Position numbers and translations under genes: made by a program | Assembly: GCF_021869535.1 (NCBI RefSeq) | Contig: NW_026262712.1 | Location: 78,616,001 to 78,680,000, forward strand | Length of the DNA stretch: 64,000 nt | Source: Mytilus californianus | Lineage: Eukaryota | Reading direction: 5' to 3' | The notes under the pieces: generated by a model | What the model saw: only the letters and a program-made list of their open reading frames with translations | What the model was told of the DNA's origin: nothing | Databases searched by the model: none | Part shown: positions 49,019 through 62,328 of the stretch, one piece after another | How the letters are laid out: each line of letters opens with the position of its first letter | Numbering within the stretch: the stretch's first letter is position 1

Positions 49019-49283
49019 AAAAGTAAAATCACAAAAATACTGAGCTCCGAGGAAAATTCAATCGGAAAGTCCCTAATCACATGGCAAAATCAAATGACAA
49101 AACACATCAAACGAATGGACAACAACTGTCATATTCCTGACTTGGTACAGGCATTTCCAAATATAGGAAATGATGGATTGAACCTGGTTTTATAGCGCTA
49201 AACCTCTCACTTGTACGACAGTCGCATCAAATTTAATAATATTGATAATGATGCGTGAACAAAACAAACAGACACAATAGGTA
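49019..49283 (-). repeat. Probable Penelope-like 3' end nested in the 150-bp array
   Basis: Same family as 2805-3015 and 32640-32790. Inserted within TATTGCTA-TA-G. Confidence 0.55.
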
Positions 49284-49624
49284 TAGGATCTGAGAAATGG
49301 GTTTCACGAAAAAAACTTTTAACACTGACGAATGAACCATAAACATGTGGTCTAGGTCAGATTAACCCTATCAGACAAACACGTACACCATACAATCATT
49401 CAAAACACCAAATACAGTTGACCTGCTGCCTGAATGGTCTGAAAAATGGACCAAATATAGAACTATTAATTTTTAATATCCAAAAAACAGACTTAACTGG
49501 TAAAACTTAACATTAACAAATGAATCGTAAAAATGAGGTCTCGATCAAATGAACCCTGCCAGACGGAAATGTACACCGTACAATCGTTCTATACACCAAA
49601 TACATATTTTACATATTGCTGAAA

Positions 49625-50485
49625 ATGACAAACAATCGGCATTCCCATGAGAACCAACAGTGCCACTCTTCTTGCCGGCTTGTGCCTTTATTCATAATAT
49701 GGTGACTTCATACAGGAACTTCTAAGGAAGAAAGAAAAGAAGTTAGCAGTAACCATTAACTTCACTTTCCGCTGTAAAGATGATGTTCTCTCACAAAATG
49801 ATTCAAAATTCGGTGACTATGTTGAACGCATCTATCCGATCGAACTTGAGATAAAGGATACAACAGATACAGTCAAGTCAAGTCTGCCTCATATCTTGAC
49901 TTACATCTAGAAATTGACAATGACGGTCGGTTGAAAACAAAACTTTACTATAAAAGAAATAATTTCAGCTTCTCAATTGTGAACTATCCATTTCTATGTA
50001 GCAACATTCCAGCAGCGCCTGCTTACGGAGTATATATCTCCCAATTGATACGATATTCCAGGGCTTGTGTTTCCTATCATGATTTCCTTGATAGAGGGTT
50101 GCAGCTCACAAGGAAGCTATCAAACCAAGAGTTCCAAGTGGTGAAGTGGAAATCATCCCTTTGTAAATTTTACGGACGCCATCACGAGTCGGTTGACCGT
50201 TATGGAATATCTGTTTCACAGATGACGACGGATATGTTCCAATTGTCGTCTACAATCTCGTCCCCTTTCCCCCGAATGTGATTACCATAGGTGGAGCAGG
50301 ATCTGCTTACCCTTCCGGAGCACCTGAGATCACCCCCAGTTTTTGGTGGGTTAGTGTCTTTGGTTTTGTATGTTGTTTTGTGTACTGTTGTTTGTCTGTT
50401 TGTCTTTTTCTTTTTTAGTCATGGCGTTGTCAGTTTATTTTCGAATTATGAGTTTGAATGTCCCTTTGGTATCTTCGCCCCTCTT
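49625..50485 (+). mobile_element. Penelope-like element: RT motifs through to the 3' end
   Basis: Decayed Q..GIPM, FTFRCKDDVLS (YIDD position), YPIELEIKDTTD, SYLDLHL and SNIPAAPAYGVYISQLIRYSRAC. It is followed by a non-coding 3' end and has no C-terminal GIY-YIG. Confidence 0.8.
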
Positions 50486-50744
50486 TAACTTATAGTTTCT
50501 GAAAAAACGATCATACAACGAAAACATAAATCTGACCAATGACAACGACACAACTAAAATGAGAAGATGTTAGTAAGAACCCTGCCATACAGACAAGCAC
50601 AGTTACAATAATTCCATACACACATGTAGTTGACCTGTTGCTTATAGTATCAGAGAAAAAGACAAAACCATAAAATGTAACATTTATCAATGACAATAAA
50701 GATTAGGTCAAACGTCAGATAAAACCTGATAGACATCTTCAACT

Positions 50745-51135
50745 TTCAAACGGTGATGTTCCTTTGGCCTTATCTTATGGTGTTTACATATCCCAACTCG
50801 ATCGCTATGCCCGTGTTTGTAGTGAAGTTTTGGATTTCAATGAAGGTAATCTATGTATTACTCGTAAATTATTAAGTCAAGGATTTCGTTACCACAATTT
50901 ACTTGAAATCTTTACTGAATTATTTCATTGATTCATAAATTTGGTTTGGAAGTTTGATTCAACCTGTTGAAAACATTTTAGAAACAGGAAAGCACATTCT
51001 AATTTTTACGGTGATGTTTATGGAGCCCGTCAATTTACATATGATCCGGTTAAAGTGATAGATCCTTTGAAAAACTTGTTCTAAAAGGTTATCAATTTAG
51101 TACTGTAATTATATCTATGAATATTGTTTATCGAT
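50745..51135 (+). mobile_element. Decayed Penelope-like RT C-terminal fragment
   Basis: GDVPLALSYGVYISQLDRYARVC...CIT.KLLSQGFRYH, the same family as 10046-11490 and 20220-21340. Confidence 0.65.
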
Positions 51136-51139
51136 ATAA

Positions 51140-51243
51140 ATATTGATTTTGATATCAATAGATTAATATTGATTTTGATTTCAATAGATTTATATTGATT
51201 TTGATATCAATAGATTAATATTAATTTTGATATCAATAGATTA
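51140..51243. repeat. 26-bp tandem repeat, 4 copies
   Basis: ATATTGATTTTGATATCAATAGATTA repeated four times with minor changes. Confidence 0.85.
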
Positions 51244-51254
51244 AAATCCAACTA

Positions 51255-51860
51255 AAAGACATTGATATCGCCTATGAACATTCAACGAAATAAACAACGA
51301 CCAAAAGACAAACAAAAGTAAACAAAACACAACACAGAAAACTAAAGACACAGCAACACGAAACCAGCCGGGGGTTTCTGTGAAACGGTAAGCAGATCCT
51401 GCAACACCAGTGGCACCCGTCGTGCTGATCATGTAAGTACAACCCCGGTGATAAGCATAATTCGGTAGGCCACAGTCGAAGAAAAGAGGACGGGATCGTG
51501 GTTACTGCAATTTGAACATATCCGTCGTCATCTGGGAAACAGATATGCCATAACGGTCAACCAAGTCATGATTGCATCCGTAAAATTATCGAAGGGGCGA
51601 TTTCAACTTCACAACTTGAAAGTCGTGGTTTTAATAGCTTTCTTGTATCTCTTTCTAGGAAATCATAATGAAAGCTCTTGAATAATGTATAAACTGGAAC
51701 ATATATACTCCATATGCTGTAATGTTGGAAATGGAAAGTTCACAGTTTGGAAGTTGAAACCATCTCTTTTGTCGTAAAGTTTTGTTCTCAACCGACCCTC
51801 ATTGTCAATTTCTAAATACAAGTCATGATATGAGGCAGTCCTAACTCTGTCTGTTGTATG
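51255..51860 (-). mobile_element. Penelope-like fragment, inverted relative to 49625-50485
   Basis: Reverse complement of the GCAGGATCTGCTTACC...GACGACGGATATGTTC...CCGTTATGG region. Confidence 0.65.
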
Positions 51861-54131
51861 TTCGATTGGATAGATGAGTTCAACACAGTGACAAATCTTT
51901 AAATTTTTTTAATGAGCGAACATTATGTTTATAGCGAAACGTGAAGTTAAAGGATAATGCTAGCTTCTCCTCAGTCTTCCCAAGAAGCTCCTGTATGATG
52001 TCAGCCTGGTATAAATAAAGAGACAGTGTCAGTTTCAGAGAATTTTTTGTTTGCATCAGAGTAAATTTTACAAAGTACGATATATTCCTCCCTAAGACAA
52101 GATACTTCTATTTAAGTTGGCAATTCTTTTTTTATGAAACAAAGCAGGACCAATTCTTTCAATTTGTATTTTAGTTTGGAATAGGAAATACTTGTGTAAA
52201 GTGAGAACAGTTAAATGCTGTAATGCTATTGCAAGACGAAAGAGGCTTAGATTGGATGTCCTCAAACAGATCTTTGGAATTTTTAAGTATCCACGTCTGA
52301 TTCAAGCCACCCCGCCCCTATCCAAATCTGATTCAGGCCGCCACCGCTGTTTGTGTCAGCATTAGCATCCCTCAAGACAAAACAAAATTCGTTTTCAAAG
52401 TCAGTAAATTCGTTTATTAAATTCATTATAGTCACGCACACTGATATGGCATAAAATAAGACTCAACTACAATCAAATACTTTGATATTGATAATTTATT
52501 CATAAGTGATAAAATAACAAAAATTAAAATTAAAACAGCTGTGCCCTAAACCATATCCTCTATAACCTTGGCTTGGAAGTTTTGTGGAGTTTAATCCTTC
52601 CTTAGAATTGAGCAAATCACATTTAACAGTTTATGACTTCTTATTTAACATGCTTGATGCTTTATATGAGTAGCTAGACCACAATAAGATTGAGGTGCAT
52701 TCCTTAATGTGTTCCTAATTTCTCTAAACTACGTTATAATCATTAACAAAACAGTAAAAGAACTTCAAGTATTTATTTACAATAATATGTTGGACGTACT
52801 TGATTTTTTTTTTCATTGTTATGAATGAGATTTGCAGTCAAAAAGATCACAGGATTACATACATGTATATGATTATTTTTTTAAATCAATAAATCCAATT
52901 TTCTCCATAGATATTCATATTTATTTTCAAAATTTCTTGAAATCATGCATAATATATCTATTTTGTTCAGGGATAGTTGATGTTACAGTTAGAAGATTAA
53001 CTTTTGGAATGAAAATATGAGAATTTATACAATTCATTATCGATAACCATAGTGAGTGCATCGATTAGTTCTAGGGAATAGGTTTCCATGCATGACACTT
53101 ACTTGTTTATAGAAGGATGGTTGGCAGATTATTACAGTTTTAAAGACATTAATATTAAGTTCTATAACTGAACTTTAAATACAACTACCATACAAGTGGA
53201 ATATTTAGCTAACTATTAAACTAGGATTTGACACACCGTTTTCTTTGGGAAACAAGGCAGGAATATTACAGTTGTTTTTCAGTTTCCTTTTGGTTGATAT
53301 TGTCCAGCATTTAGTTTTGTCAGGTTTTTTTGGACTTCCACATTGGAGATCGGAATTTTTGTTAATACATTTTTCAATAATGAATATGAATAAAAGGAGA
53401 TGTGAGGTATATATATTTCAATAAGACAATAACCTAACACAAATCAAAATGCACTTAAGTTCACCAATGAACAAGTGGTTATACAAAATGTCATGTCTAA
53501 ATGCATGGAGTAGGCAATGGTAAAAAAATAAACTAAATAGACAATCAAAGAATTGCCAATAACACCAAATTTCCTTAAAAGATGTATATTAGTTCAGGCA
53601 TGACAGGCTCAATCATACATATGAAAACTATCAAGACATAGGATAATTTGGTTTAAAGTATTAATCTTTTTTACATATGATTTTTATTATCTATGTAGCA
53701 GTTCTTTGCTTGCATTTCTCCTTTTCTAACTCCTTATATTGCTGCTATAAAATTTGGATTTCATTCATACATAAACTCTTACATTTATGACAGTTATTAG
53801 TAGCTTTAATTTACAAATACAAAAATCACTTAGGAGTGTCAGCTATGATTTCCCATGGTGTTATCACCACTTAATATAACAATATATCTATATTCAATGA
53901 TATAGTTGTCATGTTATTCAAAATAAAATATTAACAATAATGTAAATACTGGTATTTGAGCATGTGTCTAGGTAACATGTGACCTTTGTAAAACAGTAAA
54001 ACAATATCTGAAGCTAAAATGAACTGTACAAACTTGTGAAACTTTTCTGGATAAAATGAGAAACATAACAAAATTGCTTAATAATATATGTATTAATAAT
54101 TGAAATTGAACAGATGTTCTGCCAAAGTTTT

Positions 54132-55193
54132 AACAAGAGTGCACATGCTGAAATATCTCGCCTACTTTACTGACCATTGATTTTATGATTATAGTCCTCA
54201 ATATAAAGCTTTACTACAAGTATCACTTAAACTTAACATGATCCAAGAAAATGAGGTCAAAGTCAGATAAACCAAACTGGAAATAAATGTACACCTTACA
54301 ATCATTCCATACACCAAATATATTTGACCTATTGCTTATAGTTTTTAAAAAAACAAACTTAACCTGCAGGAAAACTTAACATTGACCAATGAACCATAAA
54401 AATGAGGTCAAGGGCAGATGAACCATGCCAGACAGACATGTACACCTTAACAATCAATCTAAGCATTTAATATTGTTGATGTATTGCTTAAAGTATCTAA
54501 GAAACACACTTAACAAGTAAAAAACCTTAAACATTGACCAATGATTCATGAAAATGAGGTCCAGGTCAGATGATACCTGCCAGACAGACATATACAACAC
54601 AAAATCATTCCATTCACCAAATATAGTTGACCTATTGCTTATAGTTTAAGAAAAACAGATCAAAACACAAAACCTTAACACTGAGCAATGAACAGTGAAA
54701 ATGAGGTCAAGGTCAAATAAAACCTGCCAGACTGACATGTACATCATAAAATATTTCTATTCCACCAAATATAGCTGACCTATTGCATATAGTATTAGAA
54801 AAAAAGACAAAACATTAAAAACTTAACTTTAACCACTGATCCATGAAATGAGGTCGAGGTCAGATGAAAACTGTCTGACAGGCATGAGGACCTTGCAAGG
54901 TATGCACATACTAAATAAAGTTATCCTATTGCTCATAATAAGAGAGAAATTAACATTACAAAAAATCTGAACTTTTTTTCAAGTAGTCACTGAACCATGA
55001 AAATGGGTCATGGACAATGGACATATGACAGACAGGATCTTCATAACATAAGGCATCTATATACAAAGTATGAAGCATCCAGGTCTTCCCCCTTCTAAAA
55101 TATTAAGCTTTAAAGTAGTTAGTTAACGCTGCTGCCAGATCACTATCCCTTTGTTTTAGCTTTCTGAGACAGATGTCGCAGGCTCAACAAAAA
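54132..55193 (+). mobile_element. Helentron-associated (HINE-like) element with six internal units of about 150 bp
   Basis: AACAAGAG start. ATGAGGTC anchors at 54251, 54402, 54554, 54701, 54848 and 55003. 3' hairpin CTGAGACAGATGTCGCAG, then an A-run. Confidence 0.65.
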
Positions 55194-57526
55194 CTAAGTT
55201 CAACATGATTTAGTTTTAAACTAGAGAAAAAGTATGACAAAACAGAAACATGAAAATATGTAAATTTTATGGAGGTTAGTTGCAGTTTAGTATTTTGCAT
55301 TTTTAACCATAGTTCGAGATACCAGTTGTTAAAATTATCTGTAAATATCATTAATTAAGCAATTATTGTATTCATGAACTATTGCATAGGTCAATAGACA
55401 AACATGGTAGATATAATACATGGATTTCAAAACATTTTGCATAGAAATAATAAAATACAACAAAACCATGAATACAGAAATTGGAAAACATGTGAAAACG
55501 ATAAGTGAAGTAAGCAAAAAAGTTATTCTGTTACAACACAACATAAAAATAGTTTGGAGAACTAACACTCTTATCACAATTGGTCAATATACTGGTTTAA
55601 ACAAGTAAAACAACAGTGTTTTAAAAGATACTCCTTTTCATAAGTTCATTATTTTAATGTATATTCATATGAAGGATTTAATATCACAAATGCTTTTTAC
55701 ATAATCATTAATGTCACATATGATGATGTAGGTCCTTCTGATCTAATTGTTATAATAACCATAATTGGGTGGTGAAAATAAACCCATAAATATTGAGGCT
55801 ACAAAAATGAGACTTTTGAAGCAAGATGAGTAAAACTATCCAGCCCATGACAGTTGGAAAAGTTGCATGGTTTTCAATCCTTTCGTATAAATAAAAAATG
55901 TTTATGGAAGACAAGGCCAAGAATAAAATTTAAATTGTTAAATGTTGCTTACCTACCCACCTAAAAAGCAGCTTATCCAAAAAATGTTATGACACAAACT
56001 GTTTCAGATTATTTTTTTAAAGATTTGTTCCCACTTTAACATGTCAAACGTTGTTTTCTTGTCTAAATCATGTAACTTATGTTGTAGGCTGAAAAAAAAA
56101 ACCTACCTACCTACTCAACCCTACAAGGCATGGGTAGGCAATTTTTTAAGGGTCTGCCAAGCCATGGATTTTGATGGAATTATTAAGGAATGACTTTTTC
56201 TTTGAGAGCAAGTTCATGATAAAAAAGCTTTACATAAAAAATGTTTTAACATTAAAAAATATTCATGTGAGCTGCAAAACAAATGTTTTTTTTTATTAAT
56301 TGTAATTTTATTCATCCCATGAATAAAATTTGTCATGAAAGTAAAACCAAATAAATCTCATTCTAAAAAGTCTTTATTTTTTTTTATAATCAAATGATCA
56401 GACACCAGTTTTGGAACTTACAAAGTCTTTTTGAAATTGGTCCATATGGCTGGACAAGATTACAAATAGTTAAAAGCATGCAAATTACTCTGCTGCAACA
56501 ATTGCAGATTAAAGAGGTACTGGCTATATATTTATATTGCAAACATGTGTATGGTTACACTTATATATTTTTTGTAAATACTGACTTCATTGTGGGATGC
56601 ATATACTAAAAGATATAAAAAAAAGTTTAACACCAAAACTTGTACTATCTAAATGATAATCTGACTATATATAAAAAAGGACTATGAAAATTACATTAAA
56701 ATATGCTTACCAAATTTAAAAGGCTATTTGTATCTACACACAACCAACCTACAGGAAATATACTTAGAACGGCAACGGAACTATTATAACAATAACCAAT
56801 GTTTTTCAAAGGGCAAATTCTAAAGCAGACATGTAACACTGACAATACAAATACTATTTCATAAACTAGTATGTTTAACCCAAAACAAAAAAATCTTACA
56901 CGAGTATTAAAATATGGCATTTGGTCAAACCATGGAAATACTATATTGACAGGAATAACAACAACGCCAGTTAAAAGGCTTCATCTGCGTTACCTCCTGT
57001 CTTTCGATTACTCGTTAATTGGTTCAAGATATGGAATGGTAATTGACTCTCAGCATGTAATCAATCAAATCACTGACACTTTCCAGTCATTGTCATGTTC
57101 AAGGAAATATACGAATAGACCAGTTGTTGTCAGATATTCTTACGAAGTAACCAAAATAATTCACTCATTATATTCCACTGCTCTACACTTGTGAATAGAA
57201 GAAGGCTTGGTTTACTCCAGTTACTGACGAAGTAAAAATTTGCATGTTCTGAAGTTATCTAGTTACTCGTTCAATGTTGTTTTAATTTTATTTTTCTAAT
57301 TTATGTCTTTTTTCGATTTTGAAAATTTAAGCCAGAGACACATATATACATGTATATATGTCTATTGTTAAGCCAATAGTTATTACATATGAAATTGGGG
57401 AAATATGGTGGATCATTTTCAATTTCATTGTTTAAAGATAGTATAATGTCCCTTGCATAAATCATGTTAAGATCCTCCCCTGCTGCTGTTGAATATTGAT
57501 TCCATTAAAGATAAGATAGGGATCAC

Positions 57527-57560
57527 GGGGTGGGTGGTTGGGGTGAGGAGGTGGGGTGGG
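57527..57560 (+). other. Potential G-quadruplex
   Basis: GGGG T GGG TGGTT GGGG TGAGGAGGT GGGG T GGG contains five runs of three or more G. Confidence 0.5.
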
Positions 57561-58702
57561 TGTTCGGTTATCTGCCCCAAAGTTGGTCATCAGGTGCAAA
57601 AACGCGTCAATTTTGGCGATTTTTCGTCCTATTTCTTGACCTGGAAGACCGTGGGATGCTGATAGATGTATCCCACTGCAGTCTGCATGTTGAGTGGACC
57701 CCAGTAATCACATTAACCACAACAAAGCTTAGGTCGGAGTGAAACTGATCTTGGTACATTTTTGGCTTCAACTGGACCTGCAACCGGAAGTAGTTGTTCA
57801 CTAAGTGAATTTCAATATTAAATACTAAAATCAGTAGTTAAAATTCCCGCAGGTATACACTATTTTTGGAAGTTTTTGGCCTCTGAACTGCATGTGTCAG
57901 AAAACGAAAGGAAGCCCACCCCTCCAGAAAAACCTGTTTTATCCGATTTCAATTTTCCATGTTCGTATTTGGGCTCAAAATGCACCTTAAATCTGAGAAA
58001 CATGACAATAAATAGCCTTAGGTTGAGGGAACATGCATCAACTTCGAAATTAATGTCACACAGTTGACTTCTAAAAGTATGGAGAGCCATTGAAGCCAAA
58101 AAATGGTATTTTGGGTAGAGGCCATAATATTACACCTCCACATGGTAAGGGTAAAGAAGATATAAAATGTACAAAAATGTTTTGACATTCTTTTTTAATA
58201 AAAATAAACAAAGTCTTCTGTTTTTTCTAGTCAATTTGAAAATGCACAATTTCAAACATTTCTATTCTTTAATTTGTACATAAACTAATTCATATGAAAT
58301 TTAAAATAACCCACTGAAATAAATTTGTGGTTAGAAAGATAGCATCATTCTCATTTTGTTTGGTTGTTTATCTTTTAGTTGTAACGTGTTAATTAATATT
58401 CAATTGTTATAAAAGCACTTTTTGAATATAGATATAAATTTTACGTCTTTATTATCCCCATTTAATTTGCCCAGTTTCGATAAACAAATCAATGACTTCT
58501 ATTATAATTCTTTTAATCTAAAATATTTGAAGGTTAATATTTTTATAATGCTCGATAAACTTTTCAACAGAAAAATATTTTATGTCTAAATATGTCTACA
58601 TAATTGTGTTAAACATCATGTGTAACATGATCGCTTCATCGTTATTACCTGTTTTACTCGAGATCCTCTTTCATGCGGAAAATACTTTTAGATCAGTAAA
58701 AA

Positions 58703-59757
58703 AACTAGAGGCTCTCAAGAGCCTGTGTCGCTCACCTGTATTTACTGATGCTTTGGAAATCATGTAAAATAAGGTTAAAATCATAATTAATAGTATTAGA
58801 TATTAGATATTAAAATGATATCCAAGATAATAACAAAAAACTGCGAAATTTTTGTAAAATTACTAACTCAGGGGCAGCAACCCAACAACGGGTTGTCGGA
58901 TTCGTCTGAAAATTTCAGGGCAGATAAATCTAAATCTGATGAACATTTTTGCCACCTGTCAGATTTGCTCTAAATGCTTTAGTTTCAGAGATATAAACCA
59001 AAAACTGCATTTTACCCCTATGTTCTATTTTTAACCAAGTCGGCCATGATGGTTGGAAGGCGGGGTCATCGGACAAATTTTTTAAACTAGATACCCTAAT
59101 AATGATTATGGTTAAGTATGGTTAAATTTGTCTCAGTAGTTTCAGAGAAGAAGATTTTTGTAAAAGATTACAAAAATTTACAAAAAATTGTTAAAAATTG
59201 ACTATTAAGGGCAATAACTCCTAAAGGGGTTGACTGACAATTTTGGTCATGACAACTTATTTGTAGATCTTACTTTGCTGAACATTATTGCTGTTTACAG
59301 TTTATCTCTATCTATAATAATATTCAAGATAATAACCAAAACTGCAAAATTTCCTTAAAATTACCAATTCAGGGGCAGCAACCCAACAACAGGTTGTCAA
59401 ATTTTTCTGCAAATTTCAGGGCAGATAGATCTTGACCTGATAATCAGTTTTACCCTATGTCAGATTTACTCTAAATGCTTTGGTTTCAGAGATATAAGCC
59501 AAAATCTACATTTTACCCCTATGTTCTATTTTTAGCCATGGCGGCCATCTTGGTTGGTTGGCGGGGTCATCGGACACATTTTTTAAACTAGATACCCTAA
59601 TGATGATTCTGGCCAAGTTTGGTATAATTTGGCCCAGTGGTTTCAGAGGAGAAGATTTTTGTAAAAAGCTAACGAGGACGACGATGACGACGACGGACGA
59701 CGGACGCCAAGTGATGAGAAAAGCTCACTTGGCCCTTTGGGCCAGGTGAGCTAAAAA
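58703..59757 (+). mobile_element. HINE-like non-autonomous Helentron
   Basis: 5' palindrome GGCTCTCAAGAGCC and subterminal GCTCACCT. 3' end AGCTCACTT-GGCCCTTTGGGCC-AGGTGAGCT-AAAAA preceded by a GACG microsatellite. An internal direct repeat of about 330 bp occurs twice. Confidence 0.72.
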
Positions 59758-60981
59758 GATTAAAAACCAAAAATTTACAAAAATAAATACAACTTTCAAT
59801 GTTAAACTGTTGTAGTTTACGCAATTCTCGTCCGATTTTCAAGTTTTTTACACTTTTCTATTTCTTTCTAAAGGTAGGAGTTGTACAAGATACAGCGCCA
59901 CCTTGTTATCAATTAACAAGGGATTTCCCACAGGTGTGCTGTATTAACCAGACACGTTAAAATCATGTGATTGATAAGAAATTCCTGATCATTTTACAAC
60001 AGCGGTATCATGGATAGTAACCAAAGGGGTCTTGCGGCTGAGACAATAATTGCATAAATCATATGACTTTAGTACAGAGCTCTGCAGGTCATTAATACAT
60101 GCTAATTAATCGTTGTTATTCCTTTTCATTTGATTTCCGTGGTCAAACATGGTGTAATATTTTAATAAAACATGTTTTTGGAAATTGTATGAAAGTTTGA
60201 AAAGTTTTTGTAAATGCAACAAAGATATTTAAATACAATGAATACCCTGATAATACCAGAGTGCTGTAGTAATCGTAGAATTTTAAAATACCTGAGAATA
60301 GTCACAATAGTAGAATTAGCTTTTTAAATTTAGACAAATACATTTTGTATTCATAAAATGTCACTATGTAAACATGTATAACAAACATAGGTGAAAATCT
60401 CCTTTAAAAGAATGTATATCAAAATAAAATATTTGATATTAAAAATATAAGTTAAATCCCTTGCCATAAAAATAATATCAAATCCTTCAATATCTCAAAG
60501 TGCTAAAAATTCTCCCTTCCTTGCAAAGTACTCATTCAATTTCATTATGGCGTAGCTGAAAAAATAAATACAAAATTATCATAGAAAGAAAACATGCACT
60601 ATATCTTTCTGTTCTTACAATAATATCTAAGACCATATACCTGAATGCAAGCAATGCCTGTTGTTTTTTTTTTTGTGTTCATGGGTTGCTGTCAATAGTC
60701 AAAAATAAGAAATGTATAATATAAAATCACATACTGTGAATTCAGAAATTAATGTGAGCATTTATTATTGTGAATCACTGATTAATACAGGCAATAACGG
60801 GAGATCTTATAAATGCACATGCAGAAAGTCACTATTGAGATTATGAATGTGAGTTAATATTTTTGCAACCTGCATTTTCGCATTAATAAAAACATCATAA
60901 TAATGTATGAATGTATAGTATTTAAAAGGAGTCATGGCTCCAGCTATAGTACAGTAAATAATCATATAAAAAATGTGGATA

Positions 60982-62328
60982 GTGTCCACATGTGGACACA
61001 GATGATGCCGCCACTTGCATATCATATAGTTATAAAGGGACATAACTGAAGAACGGTAAAAGTGACGCTACCCAAATTTGAACTTGATCTGAGTTTTGTG
61101 GAAATTAGCATTGTGTGTAAGTCTCATAACATTTGGTTGAGGCTAACTTAGGTAGAGAACAGAAATTAAAAATTCAGCAATTTTTCTATTTGTAAACACA
61201 CATAACTCTAGAACGCTTGTGTATTAGTTTTAGAACATTTGGTTAAGACAAACTTAAGTTAGAGAACGGAAACGAAAAATTCAGCAATTTTTATGTTTAT
61301 AAAGGGACATAACTCAAGAATGGTAAAAGTGTCGCCACCAAATTTCATACTTAATCTGTATTATGTAGTAAAAAGCATTGTGTATAAGTTTCATAACATT
61401 TGGTTGAGGCAAACTAAAGTTAGTGAACGGAAACAAAAAATTTATAATTGATCTAAGTTTTGTGGTAATGAATATTGTGTATAGGTTTCATAATGTTTGG
61501 TTGGGGCAAACTTAAGTTACAGAATGGAAACTAAAGATTTTGCAATCTTTCGATTTATAAAGGGGCATAACTCAATAATTGTTAAAGTGACACTACCCAA
61601 ATTCAACTTGATCTGTGTTTTATCAGTGGAAGTCAAAATTAAACATTGCATTGTATAGAGCATTGATTGTAGTTGATTCAACTATAATCATGGACAAAGG
61701 AAGATAACTCCAATTTTAAAAATTACTTGATATTTAGAAGAAAATAAAAATTTTGCAATTTTTCCATTTATAAAGGGGCATAACTCTAGAACGGTTAAAG
61801 TGACGCCACCAAAATTTAAACTTGATCTGTGTTTTGTGGTAATAAGCATTTTGTATAAGTTTCATAACATTTGGTTGAGGCAAACTAAAGTTAGAGAACC
61901 GAAACTAAAAATTTTGCAATTTTTTCCATTTATATAAAGGGGCATAACTCTAGAACGGTTAAAGTGACGCCACCAAAATTCAAACTTGATCTGTGTTTTG
62001 TGGTAATTAGCATTGTGTATAAGTTTCATAACATTTGGTTGAGGCAAACTTAAGTTAGAGAAGGGAAACTAAAAATTTTGCAATTTTTCCATTTATAAAG
62101 AGGCATAACTCTAGAACGGTTTAAGTGACGTCTTCAAAATTCAAACTTGATCTGTGTTTTGTGGTAATAAGCATTGTGTATAAGTTTCATAACATTTGGT
62201 TGAGGCAAACTCAAGTTAGAGAATGGAAACCAATTTTGGGATGTACGCACGTAGAACGTACGTACGTACAGACGGACAAGGGTAAAACTTATTAAATGCC
62301 CCAACCGCTACGGCGGGGGCATTAAAAA
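60982..62328 (+). mobile_element. HINE-like element carrying an about 160-165 bp satellite array
   Basis: Perfect 18-bp palindrome GTGTCCACATGTGGACAC at the 5' end. CATAACT anchors at 61041/61201 and 61779/61943/62104. (A/G)CGT/GGAC microsatellite, then the 3' hairpin AATGCCCC...GGGGCATT. Confidence 0.72.

Larger units (their letters stand above)
47780..50720 (+). repeat. Old, degenerate about 150-bp tandem array (same family as 54132-55193), interrupted by retroelements
   Basis: Recurrent AATGAGGTC...CAATCATT...TAGTTGAC.TATTGCTTATAG..GAGAAA units between the nested inserts. Confidence 0.6.

Noticed and set aside
52290-52400. GC box and GCCGCCACC (Kozak-like); minus-strand peptide containing QIWIG
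   Set aside because: No ATG follows the Kozak-like string. The peptide is short, closed by a stop and lacks other lectin motifs.
59890-59915. Partial CTCF-like motif GCGCCACCT
   Set aside because: Only half of the consensus matches, which is expected by chance.
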